Assembly: GCA_949106495.1 (NCBI GenBank)
Contig: CARYZD010000010.1
Span: 4,790-68,789, forward strand
Direction: 5' to 3'
DNA from: an uncultured Clostridia bacterium
GTDB lineage: Bacteria; Bacillota; Clostridia; TANB77; CAG-465
Length of the DNA: 64,000 nucleotides
Shown here: piece after piece, positions 27,247-37,338 of the stretch
Layout: each line of letters begins with the position of its first letter
How positions within the stretch are numbered: position 1 is the stretch's first letter
Translations under genes and position numbers: made by a program
The notes under the pieces: generated by a model
Told to the model about the DNA's origin: nothing
Seen by the model: the letters and a program-made list of their open reading frames with translations, nothing else
The model's database searches: none

Positions 27247-30200
27247 TTACTCAAATAATCCAAGTAACTCATCTTTAGACATTTGAGATATAAATGTCTC
27301 TCCAGATTTTATTACTGAATCAGTTAAATCTTGTTTTCTTTCTTGTAGTTTTTGAATTTTTTCTTCAATACTATTTTCACTTATTAATTTAAATACTTGA
27401 ACATTATTTCTTTGACCAATTCTATATGCTCTATCTGTTGCCTGATTTTGTGCAGATAAATTCCACCATGGATCAAAATGTATAACCATATCTGCTCCTG
27501 TTAAATTAAGACCTGTTCCACCAGCTTTAAGTGAAATTAGGAAAACTTTTATATTATCATCTTTATTAAATTCATCAACCATTTCAATTCTAGTATCAAC
27601 TTTAGTTTGACCTGTAAGCATTGAATATTCTATTCCTCTTTTTTCTAACTCTTTAGTTAAAATATCAAACATAGAAGTAAATCCTGAGAATAATAATATT
27701 TTATGTTTTGCAGCTATTGCTCCTTCAATTATTTCTAAACATTGATTTAATTTTGCACTTTCTCCATTATAATCTTCTAAGAATAGTTGAGGATGACAAC
27801 ATATCTGTCTAAGTCTTGTAATTAAAGATAATATTTTAAATTTACTCTTTTCAAATCCATATGATTCAATTTCTTGTTTCATCTTAACTTTAGCTAAAGC
27901 TAAGTAAGAATTGTATAGTTTTTGTTGTTCTTCATCCATCTTACTATACATTATTTGTTCTGTCTTATCTGGAAGTTCTTTTAATACTTCTTTCTTAATA
28001 CGTCTTAATACAAATGGTGCAACTAATCTTTGTAATTTTTCCATTGTTGCATTATCATTTTCTTTTATTATTACAGTTTCAAACTCATCTTTAAATTTCT
28101 TATATGTATATAAATATCCAGGCATAATAAAATCAAATATAGACCATAATTCTGCAAGAGAATTTTCTATTGGTGTACCTGTAAGAGCAAATCTAACTTC
28201 ACTTTTTATCTCTTTTAGAGCTTTAGCATTTTTAGTATTATTATTTTTAATATATTGTGCTTCATCTGCTATTACATATTTAAAATTAATATCTTTATAT
28301 TGTTCTATATCTCTTTTTAACAAATCATATGAAGTTATTACTACATCATAGTCTGTAATACTTTTAATTAGATTTTCTCTTTGTTCTGCATTTCCAGAAA
28401 TAATTAATGTTTTAATATTGTTTGAAAATCTATTTATTTCTTTTTCCCAGTTAATATATAATGAGCTTGGACATACAACTATTGATGTTTTACCAGTTCT
28501 TTTCTTTTCATCAAGTAGTAATGCAATAATTTGAACTGTTTTACCAAGTCCCATATCATCTGCAAGAATTCCACCAAATCCATATTTTTCTAATGTTTTT
28601 AACCAGCTAAATCCTGTTTTTTGATAACTTCTTAAAACACCTTTTAATTCTTCTGGTTCTTCAAATTTAACTTCATCAATATCTTTTATACTTTTTACTA
28701 TTTCTCTAAAATCATTATCTAGGTTAATTGTAATATTAGAAGTATTATTTTTAGCTAAATTATCTATATATAAAGCTCTATATCTTGGTATTTCTACATT
28801 TCCACTTACTATATCTTTTTCTGTTATGTTTAAAGTCTTTGCTAGATTAACTAATGTACCAATTCCATCTGTATCTATATTGATAAAACTTCCATCTTTT
28901 AATCTATAATATTTCTTTCTTAATTTATATCTTTTAAATATGTCTTTTAACTCAGATTCATCTAGTCCTAATTCATTAAAATCTATGTCTAAGAAATTAT
29001 TTTCAATTCTTACTCCCATGTTGAAAGTTTTTTGAGTTATAATTTGTTTATTTTTTAATTTATCTGTAATTAATACTTCAAATTTTTCCATAAATTTATC
29101 TATTCCTTCTGTTAAGAAACTATAGATATCTTCTTCTTTAGAAAGATAAATTATATGCTTTTTAAAGTTAATTACAAAATTATACATTTTAAATAGTTCT
29201 TTTGCTCTTGCTTCTTCAATTATATTTCTATTGCAAGTTACATTTAAATCTTTATCAAAAGGATTAAACTCTGTATCTCCATAACAAAATTTAACTTCTG
29301 CAACAATATTTCCTTTTGTGTCTATATCTAGGAATATTTTTGTTCCTAACTTTTCTGCCTTATATTTTTCTAATAATCCTTCCTCAATTGTAAGAGTGGT
29401 ACTGTCTTTTAATGCTGGAATAACATACTCACAAAAACTAGTAGCACTACCTGATGAAATAGTAATTTTACCCTCTGGGTCTTTAGACAATTTCTCTATT
29501 AGAGGTAATACTTTTGTTTTAAATTCACTACTGCATCTATGCAATTTATCTTTATATAGGATATATGAATATTCTTGTCCATCAAACACATAATACTTTT
29601 CACTATTAGATATAACACATAGTCCGTTCTCTTTCATATCTAATATTTCAATATCAAAAGAAGGATCTCCTTCCTCTAATGTAACCATACCATATGCTTT
29701 TTCATAGTCATATCCATCTATTGATATTTTTTTATTCTTTAATAGTTCAAATATTTCATCAAGTAAAGAATATTTTAATTTAAAATTTGTTTTATATCTT
29801 TTATTTACTGTAAAATGATAAGTTCCAAGTTTTGAAAATTCATTATATTCTAGTGCTTTAGATACAATAAGCTTAGCTAATGCTTGAGATTCTTTAGTAA
29901 ATGATTCTACAGAGTGCTTAAATTCAAGTTCTTTACCATACTTATTTACTGCTCCCTTTTGCATATCTTCACTAAATCTAAATAAGTCACGTAAAATATA
30001 CATTCTATCTTTACCAATTTTAAATGATACTTCTAATTCTTTTTCAATATCATTAGTAAGATATAATAATGTTTCAATATTTACACTTTCTTTGTCTATA
30101 TTTCTACTTAACTCAAGATTTTCATAATAGGCCATAAGCCCATTATTTTCTCTTTGCTCATTAATTTTATCTTTATATGATTTATTTTCTATTACATCAT

Positions 30201-30567
30201 CATCAATATCTGCTGACTCACTATTTTTAACATAGTTAATATATGTTGATTCATTTATATACATATCAAAAATCATTGCAACAACATGCTTACAAATAAC
30301 ATCTTTTTTAGTATAAGTTGGACATTCACATTTATATGATAACACTCCATTTGTTTTTCTAATTTCAGTTTCATATATGTATGTTCCCTCAACATAAGCT
30401 TTTGCAACATAATTATTTTCAGAAATAAAATTAAAATCTGCTACTTTAACCCTATTTTGTTCAAAATACTTTTTACCTCTATTTGTTATATCTGTACCTG
30501 CTTCAAATAAGATACTGTTTATCTCTTCTGCATTTATTAACATTACTTCATCTCCCACTATTTCCAT
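27247..30567 (-). CDS. SNF2-family helicase with N-terminal SWIM zinc finger (YwqA-like)
   Basis: SWIM motif CECPTYTKKDVICKHVVA. SNF2 motifs LADDMGLGKT, VIADEAQYIKN and LTGTPIENS. Helicase C motif GGTGLNLTGADMVIHFDPWWN. Confidence 0.9.
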   Translation of the reverse strand: MEIVGDEVMLINAEEINSILFEAGTDITNRGKKYFEQNRVKVADFNFISENNYVAKAYVEGTYIYETEIRKTNGVLSYKCECPTYTKKDVICKHVVAMIFDMYINESTYINYVKNSESADIDDDVIENKSYKDKINEQRENNGLMAYYENLELSRNIDKESVNIETLLYLTNDIEKELEVSFKIGKDRMYILRDLFRFSEDMQKGAVNKYGKELEFKHSVESFTKESQALAKLIVSKALEYNEFSKLGTYHFTVNKRYKTNFKLKYSLLDEIFELLKNKKISIDGYDYEKAYGMVTLEEGDPSFDIEILDMKENGLCVISNSEKYYVFDGQEYSYILYKDKLHRCSSEFKTKVLPLIEKLSKDPEGKITISSGSATSFCEYVIPALKDSTTLTIEEGLLEKYKAEKLGTKIFLDIDTKGNIVAEVKFCYGDTEFNPFDKDLNVTCNRNIIEEARAKELFKMYNFVINFKKHIIYLSKEEDIYSFLTEGIDKFMEKFEVLITDKLKNKQIITQKTFNMGVRIENNFLDIDFNELGLDESELKDIFKRYKLRKKYYRLKDGSFINIDTDGIGTLVNLAKTLNITEKDIVSGNVEIPRYRALYIDNLAKNNTSNITINLDNDFREIVKSIKDIDEVKFEEPEELKGVLRSYQKTGFSWLKTLEKYGFGGILADDMGLGKTVQIIALLLDEKKRTGKTSIVVCPSSLYINWEKEINRFSNNIKTLIISGNAEQRENLIKSITDYDVVITSYDLLKRDIEQYKDINFKYVIADEAQYIKNNNTKNAKALKEIKSEVRFALTGTPIENSLAELWSIFDFIMPGYLYTYKKFKDEFETVIIKENDNATMEKLQRLVAPFVLRRIKKEVLKELPDKTEQIMYSKMDEEQQKLYNSYLALAKVKMKQEIESYGFEKSKFKILSLITRLRQICCHPQLFLEDYNGESAKLNQCLEIIEGAIAAKHKILLFSGFTSMFDILTKELEKRGIEYSMLTGQTKVDTRIEMVDEFNKDDNIKVFLISLKAGGTGLNLTGADMVIHFDPWWNLSAQNQATDRAYRIGQRNNVQVFKLISENSIEEKIQKLQERKQDLTDSVIKSGETFISQMSKDELLGLFE

Positions 30568-30697
30568 AAGTTATATTATACTATATTTTAACTCATTTGT
30601 GAATGTTTTATGTTAAATTTTATATAAAAAAGATGATATTTATTCATATTCATTAAAAAAAGAATAGCCTTTATAAAGACTATTCTTTATAATATAA

Positions 30698-32329
30698 TTA
30701 TTTAAGTTTTTCTCTTAATAAATTCCAAATATTTTCTGTTTCAAATCCCTTTTGCCATGCAGTAATACCGGCTAAATTATATTTAATAACAGTATCTGCT
30801 CTTTTTGACATAGATGTTTCATCTTCAATCCATAGTTTATATGTTACATCTCCTAAATTCATTGCGATATAATTTTGACCTGAAATATTATCCATTGTTG
30901 GAGTTAAATTATATTTTTCTAAAAATTCTTTTGAGTTACTCATGCTATAAACATTTGTAGTAAATGTTCCATCACTTTCTACCTTCCAAAGTCTTGTATA
31001 GAAAGGAACTCCTAAAATTATTTTTGAAGATGGAATATTTGAATCATTTATTAATGAATTAATATTTTTTTCTACCCAATTAATTTCTGAAATAGAACCA
31101 GGCTCCTTAGACCAATTTCCTCTTTGATCATATCCCATTAACATTACATAGTCGCAAGCTTTACCTACACCTTGTCTATCTATATAACTTGTAAAATAAA
31201 TATCTACAGAAAGTTTTGCACCTGTCTCTTTAACTACAGGATAAAGCTCTCTTAAAAACTGAGTATACATATACTTGTCTTCTTCAAGCATTCCTTCAAA
31301 ATCAATATTTATTCCTTCTAAATCATTTGTCTTAATTATATCTACTATATTTCTAATTAAATTTTCTCTTCTTGTCTCATCATTCATTATATCTGATGTA
31401 ACTTGTTTTTTATCCATTTTAGAATTATCTAATCCATTAGTAATAATTGGCCAAATCTCATATCCATTTTGTTTAGCTTTATTATAATAATTTTTATTAT
31501 AGTTAATTTCAACACTACCTTCGCTGTCTGAAATTGCATACCAAGTTGGCATTACAACATTTACGCCATCTATTTTTTCTCCTAATGTATCAAGATTACT
31601 TCCATATTGCCAAAACATTATTAATTTTTCTTTATTTTCTTCTTGTGGTTTATTCTCATTTTCTTCTTTTTTTGAATCTATTGTTACAGCGCTCTTATGT
31701 ATATATCCAATTTTACCGCTATCACTTTTAACTTTATACCATCTACTATGCTTTAAACTATCTGTATATACTGTAACTGTATCTTTTGTATCAAGAATTT
31801 CCAGTATCTCAGATTTAGTATTTAAGTCACTATATAAACTTACTTTATTATAATTTAAATGAATATCACTAGTATCAAGTTTATCTATAGAAATAGTTTT
31901 AGTATCTTTATCATACTGACATTTAATATTATAGATATTTTTAACCATTTCCATATCTATATAAATTTTATCATCTATAATTTTACAACTTGTTTTGGCA
32001 TCATACTCTTTTAGATTTTTAGTAGCAATATTTTCATTTAATTTAAATTTATATACTGCATCTTCTGTTGTAATTATTACTTTTTTAGTTTTATTATCAT
32101 AAAAAATCTCTTCATCAATAAACTCACCTATAGTACTTGTTGATAAATAAATTTTATCATTTTCAACATAAGGTTTATATTTGCTTGATATTGTATCTCC
32201 ATATATAATTAAATTTGCATCATTTGAAGAGCCTATTTTTTCATTTATATTCTTTGATAATGTAAATAATACAGATACTAAACTTAGCATTATTACACAT
32301 TTTATTATATTTAAAATTTTTTCTTTCAT
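30698..32329 (-). CDS. GH18 glycoside hydrolase (YaaH/SleL/YdhD-like) with N-terminal stalk and SH3b-like domain
   Basis: GH18 catalytic motif GINIDFEGM, the SH3b-like segment RWYKVKSDSGKIGYIHKSAV, and a signal anchor. Confidence 0.8.
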   Translation of the reverse strand: MKEKILNIIKCVIMLSLVSVLFTLSKNINEKIGSSNDANLIIYGDTISSKYKPYVENDKIYLSTSTIGEFIDEEIFYDNKTKKVIITTEDAVYKFKLNENIATKNLKEYDAKTSCKIIDDKIYIDMEMVKNIYNIKCQYDKDTKTISIDKLDTSDIHLNYNKVSLYSDLNTKSEILEILDTKDTVTVYTDSLKHSRWYKVKSDSGKIGYIHKSAVTIDSKKEENENKPQEENKEKLIMFWQYGSNLDTLGEKIDGVNVVMPTWYAISDSEGSVEINYNKNYYNKAKQNGYEIWPIITNGLDNSKMDKKQVTSDIMNDETRRENLIRNIVDIIKTNDLEGINIDFEGMLEEDKYMYTQFLRELYPVVKETGAKLSVDIYFTSYIDRQGVGKACDYVMLMGYDQRGNWSKEPGSISEINWVEKNINSLINDSNIPSSKIILGVPFYTRLWKVESDGTFTTNVYSMSNSKEFLEKYNLTPTMDNISGQNYIAMNLGDVTYKLWIEDETSMSKRADTVIKYNLAGITAWQKGFETENIWNLLREKLK

Positions 32330-32491
32330 ATAATTTACCTCAATTACTAATGTAATTATACACTAAATATATTTTTTTGTGAAGATTGTATTTTCAATTT
32401 ATTATATTAATACATAAAGTGGGCAAATACATTTGCCCACCTAATAATATAATTTGCTATTTATAATAAATTATTCCTAATATACTAACTA

Positions 32492-33688
32492 TTATTTTTT
32501 TCCTGTCATATTTAATATATTAACATCTGTTGAATATGTTATTTTATCTCTTCTTTCTTTTCTTTTTATTGCATATCTAATAGCTCTATCTAATAATTCA
32601 GAAAAACTTATTCCTTTTGGTTGCCATAGATAGAAAGAAAGTGAACCAGGTATTGTATTAATTTCATTTACATAGATTTTATTACTATCTCCATCTATAA
32701 TAAAATCTATTCTTGATATTCCCTCACAATTTAATGTTTTAAATGTTTCTTTTGCTAAAGAATAAATCTCATCTTCTTGTGATTTTGTAAGTTCTGCTGG
32801 AATTTTTCTTGAAAGAGAAGCCATTCCTGAACCTTTAGTTCCACTTAATTTTGAAGATTTTGCTCCAAGTTTTCCACTTTTTGAACCATCTCCCATATAT
32901 TTATCTTTATAACTTAATATTTCATCATTTTTAATTGGTTCTTCAAGGACAGAAACATCTTGCTCTACAAAATTTCCTAAAACAGAACAGTTAATTTCCC
33001 TTAAATTTGTAACACATCTTTCTACAAGTACACTATCACAAAAAGCAAATACATTTTGCATTTTTTCTTTAAATTCATCTTTTTGTTTTATTACTTCTAT
33101 TCCTACACTTGAACCTAAATTTGCAGGTTTTACAATTATTGGTAAAGACAATGTCCTAGTTATTTTCTCATAAGCCATATCTGCGTCTTCATTAAATTCC
33201 TCAACATTTAAAGTTTCATATTCTACTACTGGCAATTTAGATGCTTCTAATACTTTTTTAAATATTATTTTATTCATTCCAACTGCTGATGCACATACAT
33301 CACAACCAACATATGGGATATTATACATTTCAAGCATACCTTCTAATGTTCCATCTTCTACATTTAGTCCATGCACTACAGGAAAAGCTATATCTATTTT
33401 TGCAAGCACCTTTTTAAATAATCCTCTTTTAGCGTTTAATACTAATTTTGAATCTTCACTTGTAAAATATACCTCATTTGACATTCTCTTTGTTTCTTCT
33501 AAATCTCTAAATTCCTCAACTTTTGTTAAAAGCTCTGATGTATAAAATTTATTATCTTTTGATATGTATACTGGTACAATATCATATTTTTCACTATCTA
33601 AGTTTTCAATAACTTGCATAGCAGAGATTATTGATACTTCATGTTCAACACTCTTTCCTCCAAAAAAAACTCCAACTACTGTTTTCAT
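32492..33688 (-). CDS. ddl: D-alanine--D-alanine ligase
   Basis: VFFGGKSVEHEVSIISA, the ATP-grasp motifs, and EINTIPG. A Gly/Ser/Lys-rich insertion follows the KY motif. Confidence 0.9.
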   Translation of the reverse strand: MKTVVGVFFGGKSVEHEVSIISAMQVIENLDSEKYDIVPVYISKDNKFYTSELLTKVEEFRDLEETKRMSNEVYFTSEDSKLVLNAKRGLFKKVLAKIDIAFPVVHGLNVEDGTLEGMLEMYNIPYVGCDVCASAVGMNKIIFKKVLEASKLPVVEYETLNVEEFNEDADMAYEKITRTLSLPIIVKPANLGSSVGIEVIKQKDEFKEKMQNVFAFCDSVLVERCVTNLREINCSVLGNFVEQDVSVLEEPIKNDEILSYKDKYMGDGSKSGKLGAKSSKLSGTKGSGMASLSRKIPAELTKSQEDEIYSLAKETFKTLNCEGISRIDFIIDGDSNKIYVNEINTIPGSLSFYLWQPKGISFSELLDRAIRYAIKRKERRDKITYSTDVNILNMTGKK

Positions 33689-33703
33689 ACTAATACTTCC
33701 TTT

Positions 33704-35284
33704 CTATTTTATATAACTATCTGGTAAATCATTTTCAAAAAGTGCAAGTAGATTTTCATGACTAATTTGAATTTCTTGTAATTTTTGAAAAGCTTCATAT
33801 AAATCATTAACTACAATATAGTTTTTAAATCCTTTGTTTTCCATTCCTTTTTTTATATATTCAGTTGTTACTTTTCCAACTAATATTACATAGTCTAAAC
33901 TTGATGCATATTCTCCAAACTTTTCATTTAATTCATCTGTTTTATCTCCAAGTTCAATCATACCTGGTGTTACTAATACTTTATACTTATCTTTAAACAT
34001 ACATAAAGTCTCTATTGCTGCTTTTGAACCTTCTGGATTAGAATTAAATGCATCATCTAGTGCAAGAACTCCTCCCATAGTTTTAAGCTCTAATCTGTGC
34101 TCAACTGGTTTGATTTTCTTAATTCCTCTTTTTATTTCTTCATTTGTCATTCCTAGTTCTTTTGCTATTGCAATAGCACAAACAATATTATATATATTGT
34201 GTTTTCCTAACAATTTAGTTTCTACTGTTATTCTATTGTCTTTATCTACAACATCAAAAATACTACCTTTGTCTGACATCTTAATATTTTCAACAGTATA
34301 TCTACAATCATTATCATTTAAGCTATAGTTAATTACTTCTGTGTCTTTTGCATAAAGTTCTATTCCTTTTCTTATATAATCATTATCTACATTTAGAATT
34401 GCTTTTCTTTTTTTCTTAGCGTTTGTTATAATTTCAAATTTTCCTTTTATAATATTATCCATAGATTTAAAACTTGTTAAATGCTGTGGCCCTATAGATG
34501 TAATTACAGATATATCTGGTGTAGCAATATTACAAATTTCTTCTATTTCCCCTAGTCTTGCTGCTCCCATTTCACATACAAATACTTCTGTATATGGCTT
34601 TATTTGCTCGCGTATTGTTCTTACAACTCCAAGCGTTGTATTAAAGCTTTTAGGAGTCATAACAGTAATGTACTTTTCCTCAAGAAGAGATGCAACAATA
34701 TTTTTTGTTGATGTCTTTCCATAACTTCCTGTTATTCCAATTACCTTCATATTCTTATTTGAAGCCATTATTTTTTTAGCCTCTTTAATATATCTTAAAT
34801 TTATTAACTTTAATATTGGCTGTGCAATAAAGTTTCCTAAAAGCATAACTATAATTGAAACTATTTTATATAATGATAATACTCCAAACAGAATTGAAAT
34901 GTATTTTAAACTGCTAATATAATATACTCCAATTATACTTAAAGTAATTATAATTGCAATCATGGTATATGTTATTTTTACTCTATTTGTATATACAAAT
35001 TTCTTTTTTGCAATTGGTCTATTATTTATTGTACTATATGCAGTAAAAATACACATAATAGAATATAATATTAAAGTGTATGGATAAAAAAATGATATAA
35101 TTGCTAATATTAATAATATAACTTCATATATCTTTATTTTAGCTGCTTTAGTTGTTTTTATTGCTGGTATAAATTCATCTATTTCATAAAATGACTGTTG
35201 AAAAATATGCATAAACTTATTCACATTAACCACAATTAAAAATAATGATATTATATATACTAATGTAATACCTATAGCTGTCAT
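33704..35284 (-). CDS. murF: MurF-type UDP-MurNAc-tripeptide--D-Ala-D-Ala ligase with N-terminal polytopic membrane domain
   Basis: GITGSYGKTSTKN P-loop at about residue 185, CEMGAARLGEI, SIGPQHL and DDAFNSNPEGSKAA (MurF signature DDxYNANP). Residues 1 to about 165 are hydrophobic TM segments instead of the usual domain 1. Confidence 0.8.
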   Translation of the reverse strand: MTAIGITLVYIISLFLIVVNVNKFMHIFQQSFYEIDEFIPAIKTTKAAKIKIYEVILLILAIISFFYPYTLILYSIMCIFTAYSTINNRPIAKKKFVYTNRVKITYTMIAIIITLSIIGVYYISSLKYISILFGVLSLYKIVSIIVMLLGNFIAQPILKLINLRYIKEAKKIMASNKNMKVIGITGSYGKTSTKNIVASLLEEKYITVMTPKSFNTTLGVVRTIREQIKPYTEVFVCEMGAARLGEIEEICNIATPDISVITSIGPQHLTSFKSMDNIIKGKFEIITNAKKKRKAILNVDNDYIRKGIELYAKDTEVINYSLNDNDCRYTVENIKMSDKGSIFDVVDKDNRITVETKLLGKHNIYNIVCAIAIAKELGMTNEEIKRGIKKIKPVEHRLELKTMGGVLALDDAFNSNPEGSKAAIETLCMFKDKYKVLVTPGMIELGDKTDELNEKFGEYASSLDYVILVGKVTTEYIKKGMENKGFKNYIVVNDLYEAFQKLQEIQISHENLLALFENDLPDSYIK

Positions 35285-36058
35285 CTAATCACATCCTTCC
35301 AAAAATTTATTTACTACTGTTAAAAAATAACCTATATTATCTAAATAACTAAAATGCCCTGCGCCAGATATTGTAACAAGACCTGAATCTGGAATTAATT
35401 CTTCCATTTTTTTAGCATCACTTATTGGTGTATCTAAGTCTTTATCTCCCCAAATTAAAAGTGTAGATGTTTTTATATTTGGTAAATACTCTGTCAAATC
35501 TTCATTTATAACATTTTTAAATACCTCTTTCATTGTTTCATCTGCATTTTTATAATCTTCTGAACCAAGTTTATTTTTATACTTATCTATTATTTTTTTA
35601 GCTTTATTCTTTCCTAAAATTAAGTTTGCTATATTTTTTATACATTTAAAAATAGTCTCTTTAACTTTTGCTTTAAAACTTTTTTTAGGTTTAATTCCTG
35701 CACTATCTACAAGTATTATTTTTTGTGGTTTAAATCCAAGTTTTCCAGTTAGTTTTATTATTACTCTTCCACCAAACGAATGACCTACAAGTACTACTTT
35801 ATCTAAATTCTTTTGGTTAATAAACTCAAGAACTAGTTTTGAGTAATCCTCTACACAATAACTTTTATCTGGATTTTCACTTTGACCAAATCCTGGGAAA
35901 TCTATTGCATATACTTTAAAGCTCTTAGATAAGTTTTCAATTACTGGGTTAAAAGATGCAATATTTGCTCCCCAACCATGAAGTAACAAAATACTTGTTT
36001 TTGTATCTGGACCTTTTTCTATGTAATTTACTTTTAAATTTTTTAATTCAACTTGCAT
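35285..36058 (-). CDS. Alpha/beta-fold hydrolase
   Basis: HGWGAN oxyanion region, the nucleophile elbow GHSFGG, and a C-terminal GAGHF. Confidence 0.8.
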   Translation of the reverse strand: MQVELKNLKVNYIEKGPDTKTSILLLHGWGANIASFNPVIENLSKSFKVYAIDFPGFGQSENPDKSYCVEDYSKLVLEFINQKNLDKVVLVGHSFGGRVIIKLTGKLGFKPQKIILVDSAGIKPKKSFKAKVKETIFKCIKNIANLILGKNKAKKIIDKYKNKLGSEDYKNADETMKEVFKNVINEDLTEYLPNIKTSTLLIWGDKDLDTPISDAKKMEELIPDSGLVTISGAGHFSYLDNIGYFLTVVNKFLEGCD

Positions 36059-36066
36059 TATTTCAC

Positions 36067-37136
36067 CTACTTTATAACTCTTTCTATTCTACTTCCTAAA
36101 TTTGAAATTACTTCATATGTTATTTTATTAGATAGCTTTGCTATTTCCTTTAAATCATTTTCATAATCCCATATTATAGCTTCATCATTTACCTTAATAT
36201 CCTTAACATCTGTTACATCTGCCATCATCATATCCATACAAATATTTCCTATTTGTCGACATTTTATACCATTTATAATTACATTAATATTATTAGATAA
36301 ACTTCTACTAATTCCATCTGCATATCCAATCTTTATAACTGCAACTTTAGTATTAGGTTTTACTATAACTGTTCCACCATATCCAACTTTTGTATATTTA
36401 TCTACATTAGTTACATTTATAACGGGGGCTGTTAGTTTGAGTACTGGTTTAGTATCTCCACAATAGCCATACATTATTATTCCAACCCTAACATGTGTAT
36501 CAAAATCTACTTTATCTGAATAATACTCTACTCCATCAGAATTTAAAATATGTATGTATTTGAATTCATAATTTTTGCTTAAATTTTCTACAATATACTT
36601 AAATTCATTAATTTGATTATTTGTATACTCTTTATCTGAGTCAGCACATGAAAGATGAGTATATATTCCTTCAATTTTTATATTTTTATATTTTAAAATA
36701 TTTGTAAAATTGATTATAATATTATCTTTACTAAATCCAAGTCTAGTCATACCTGTATCTATTTTTATATGTATTTTTGCTATTTTATTTTTCTGTTTTG
36801 CTATTTCATTTATATCTTTAATATTTTGAATATTTGAAACAGATATACTAATATCCTCTTCTATTGCACTTTCAATTTCTTTATCTACTAATACACTAGT
36901 AACAGTATCATGCCAGTAATATTATTATTTCTAAGCCTTATTGCTTCATCTATACATGCTACTCCAAAATTTTTTATACCCATATTTTGAAGTTCATTTG
37001 CAATAAGTGTATCTCCGACACCATAAGCATTAGCCTTTACCATTGCAATAATATTTTTTCTTTCCCCTATTTTATCTTTAATATAATCCATATTATATTT
37101 TAATATTTCTTTATTTACATATAATTTAGCTTTCAT
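36067..37136 (-). pseudogene. alr: Alanine racemase, interrupted by one frameshift near 36895-36900
   Basis: The N-terminal piece carries the PLP-lysine motif (IAMVKANAYGVG). The C-terminal piece has MTRLGF...YTHLSCAD...GYADG...ICMD. The 36750-36900 interval reads as Alr sequence (..VLVDKEIESAIEEDISISV...KIHIKIDTG) in a third frame. Adding one G (CTAGTG to CTAGGTG) would restore ILLLGVLVDKE. Confidence 0.8.
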
Positions 37137-37203
37137 ATAAAAATCCTCACTTTTTTCACATAATATTTATAATACACAATACTTTATTTTTTCAAGTTGG
37201 TTT

Positions 37204-37232
37204 TTGATTTTTTACTTATATTATGCTATAAT
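37204..37232 (+). promoter_or_regulatory. sigma-A type promoter TTGATT-17 nt-TATAAT with TGn extended -10
   Basis: TTGATT at 37204-37209 and TGCTATAAT ending at 37232. Confidence 0.5.
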
Positions 37233-37338
37233 ATTATTGTTTTATATAACTATTATACGCAAAAAGATTTCTTTTTGCAACATATATTAAACTACACTAA
37301 AAAAGTGAAATCCACACTAAATTCACAAAGGAGAAAAT

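Noticed and set aside
16753-37232. Similarity between the promoters at 16753-16781 and 37204-37232 (TTGATT...TGCTATAATATTATT)
   Set aside because: Identity is only 22/29, and the mismatches fall in the spacer. In DNA this AT-rich, the shared -35, extended -10 and A/T-rich discriminator are expected by chance for strong promoters.
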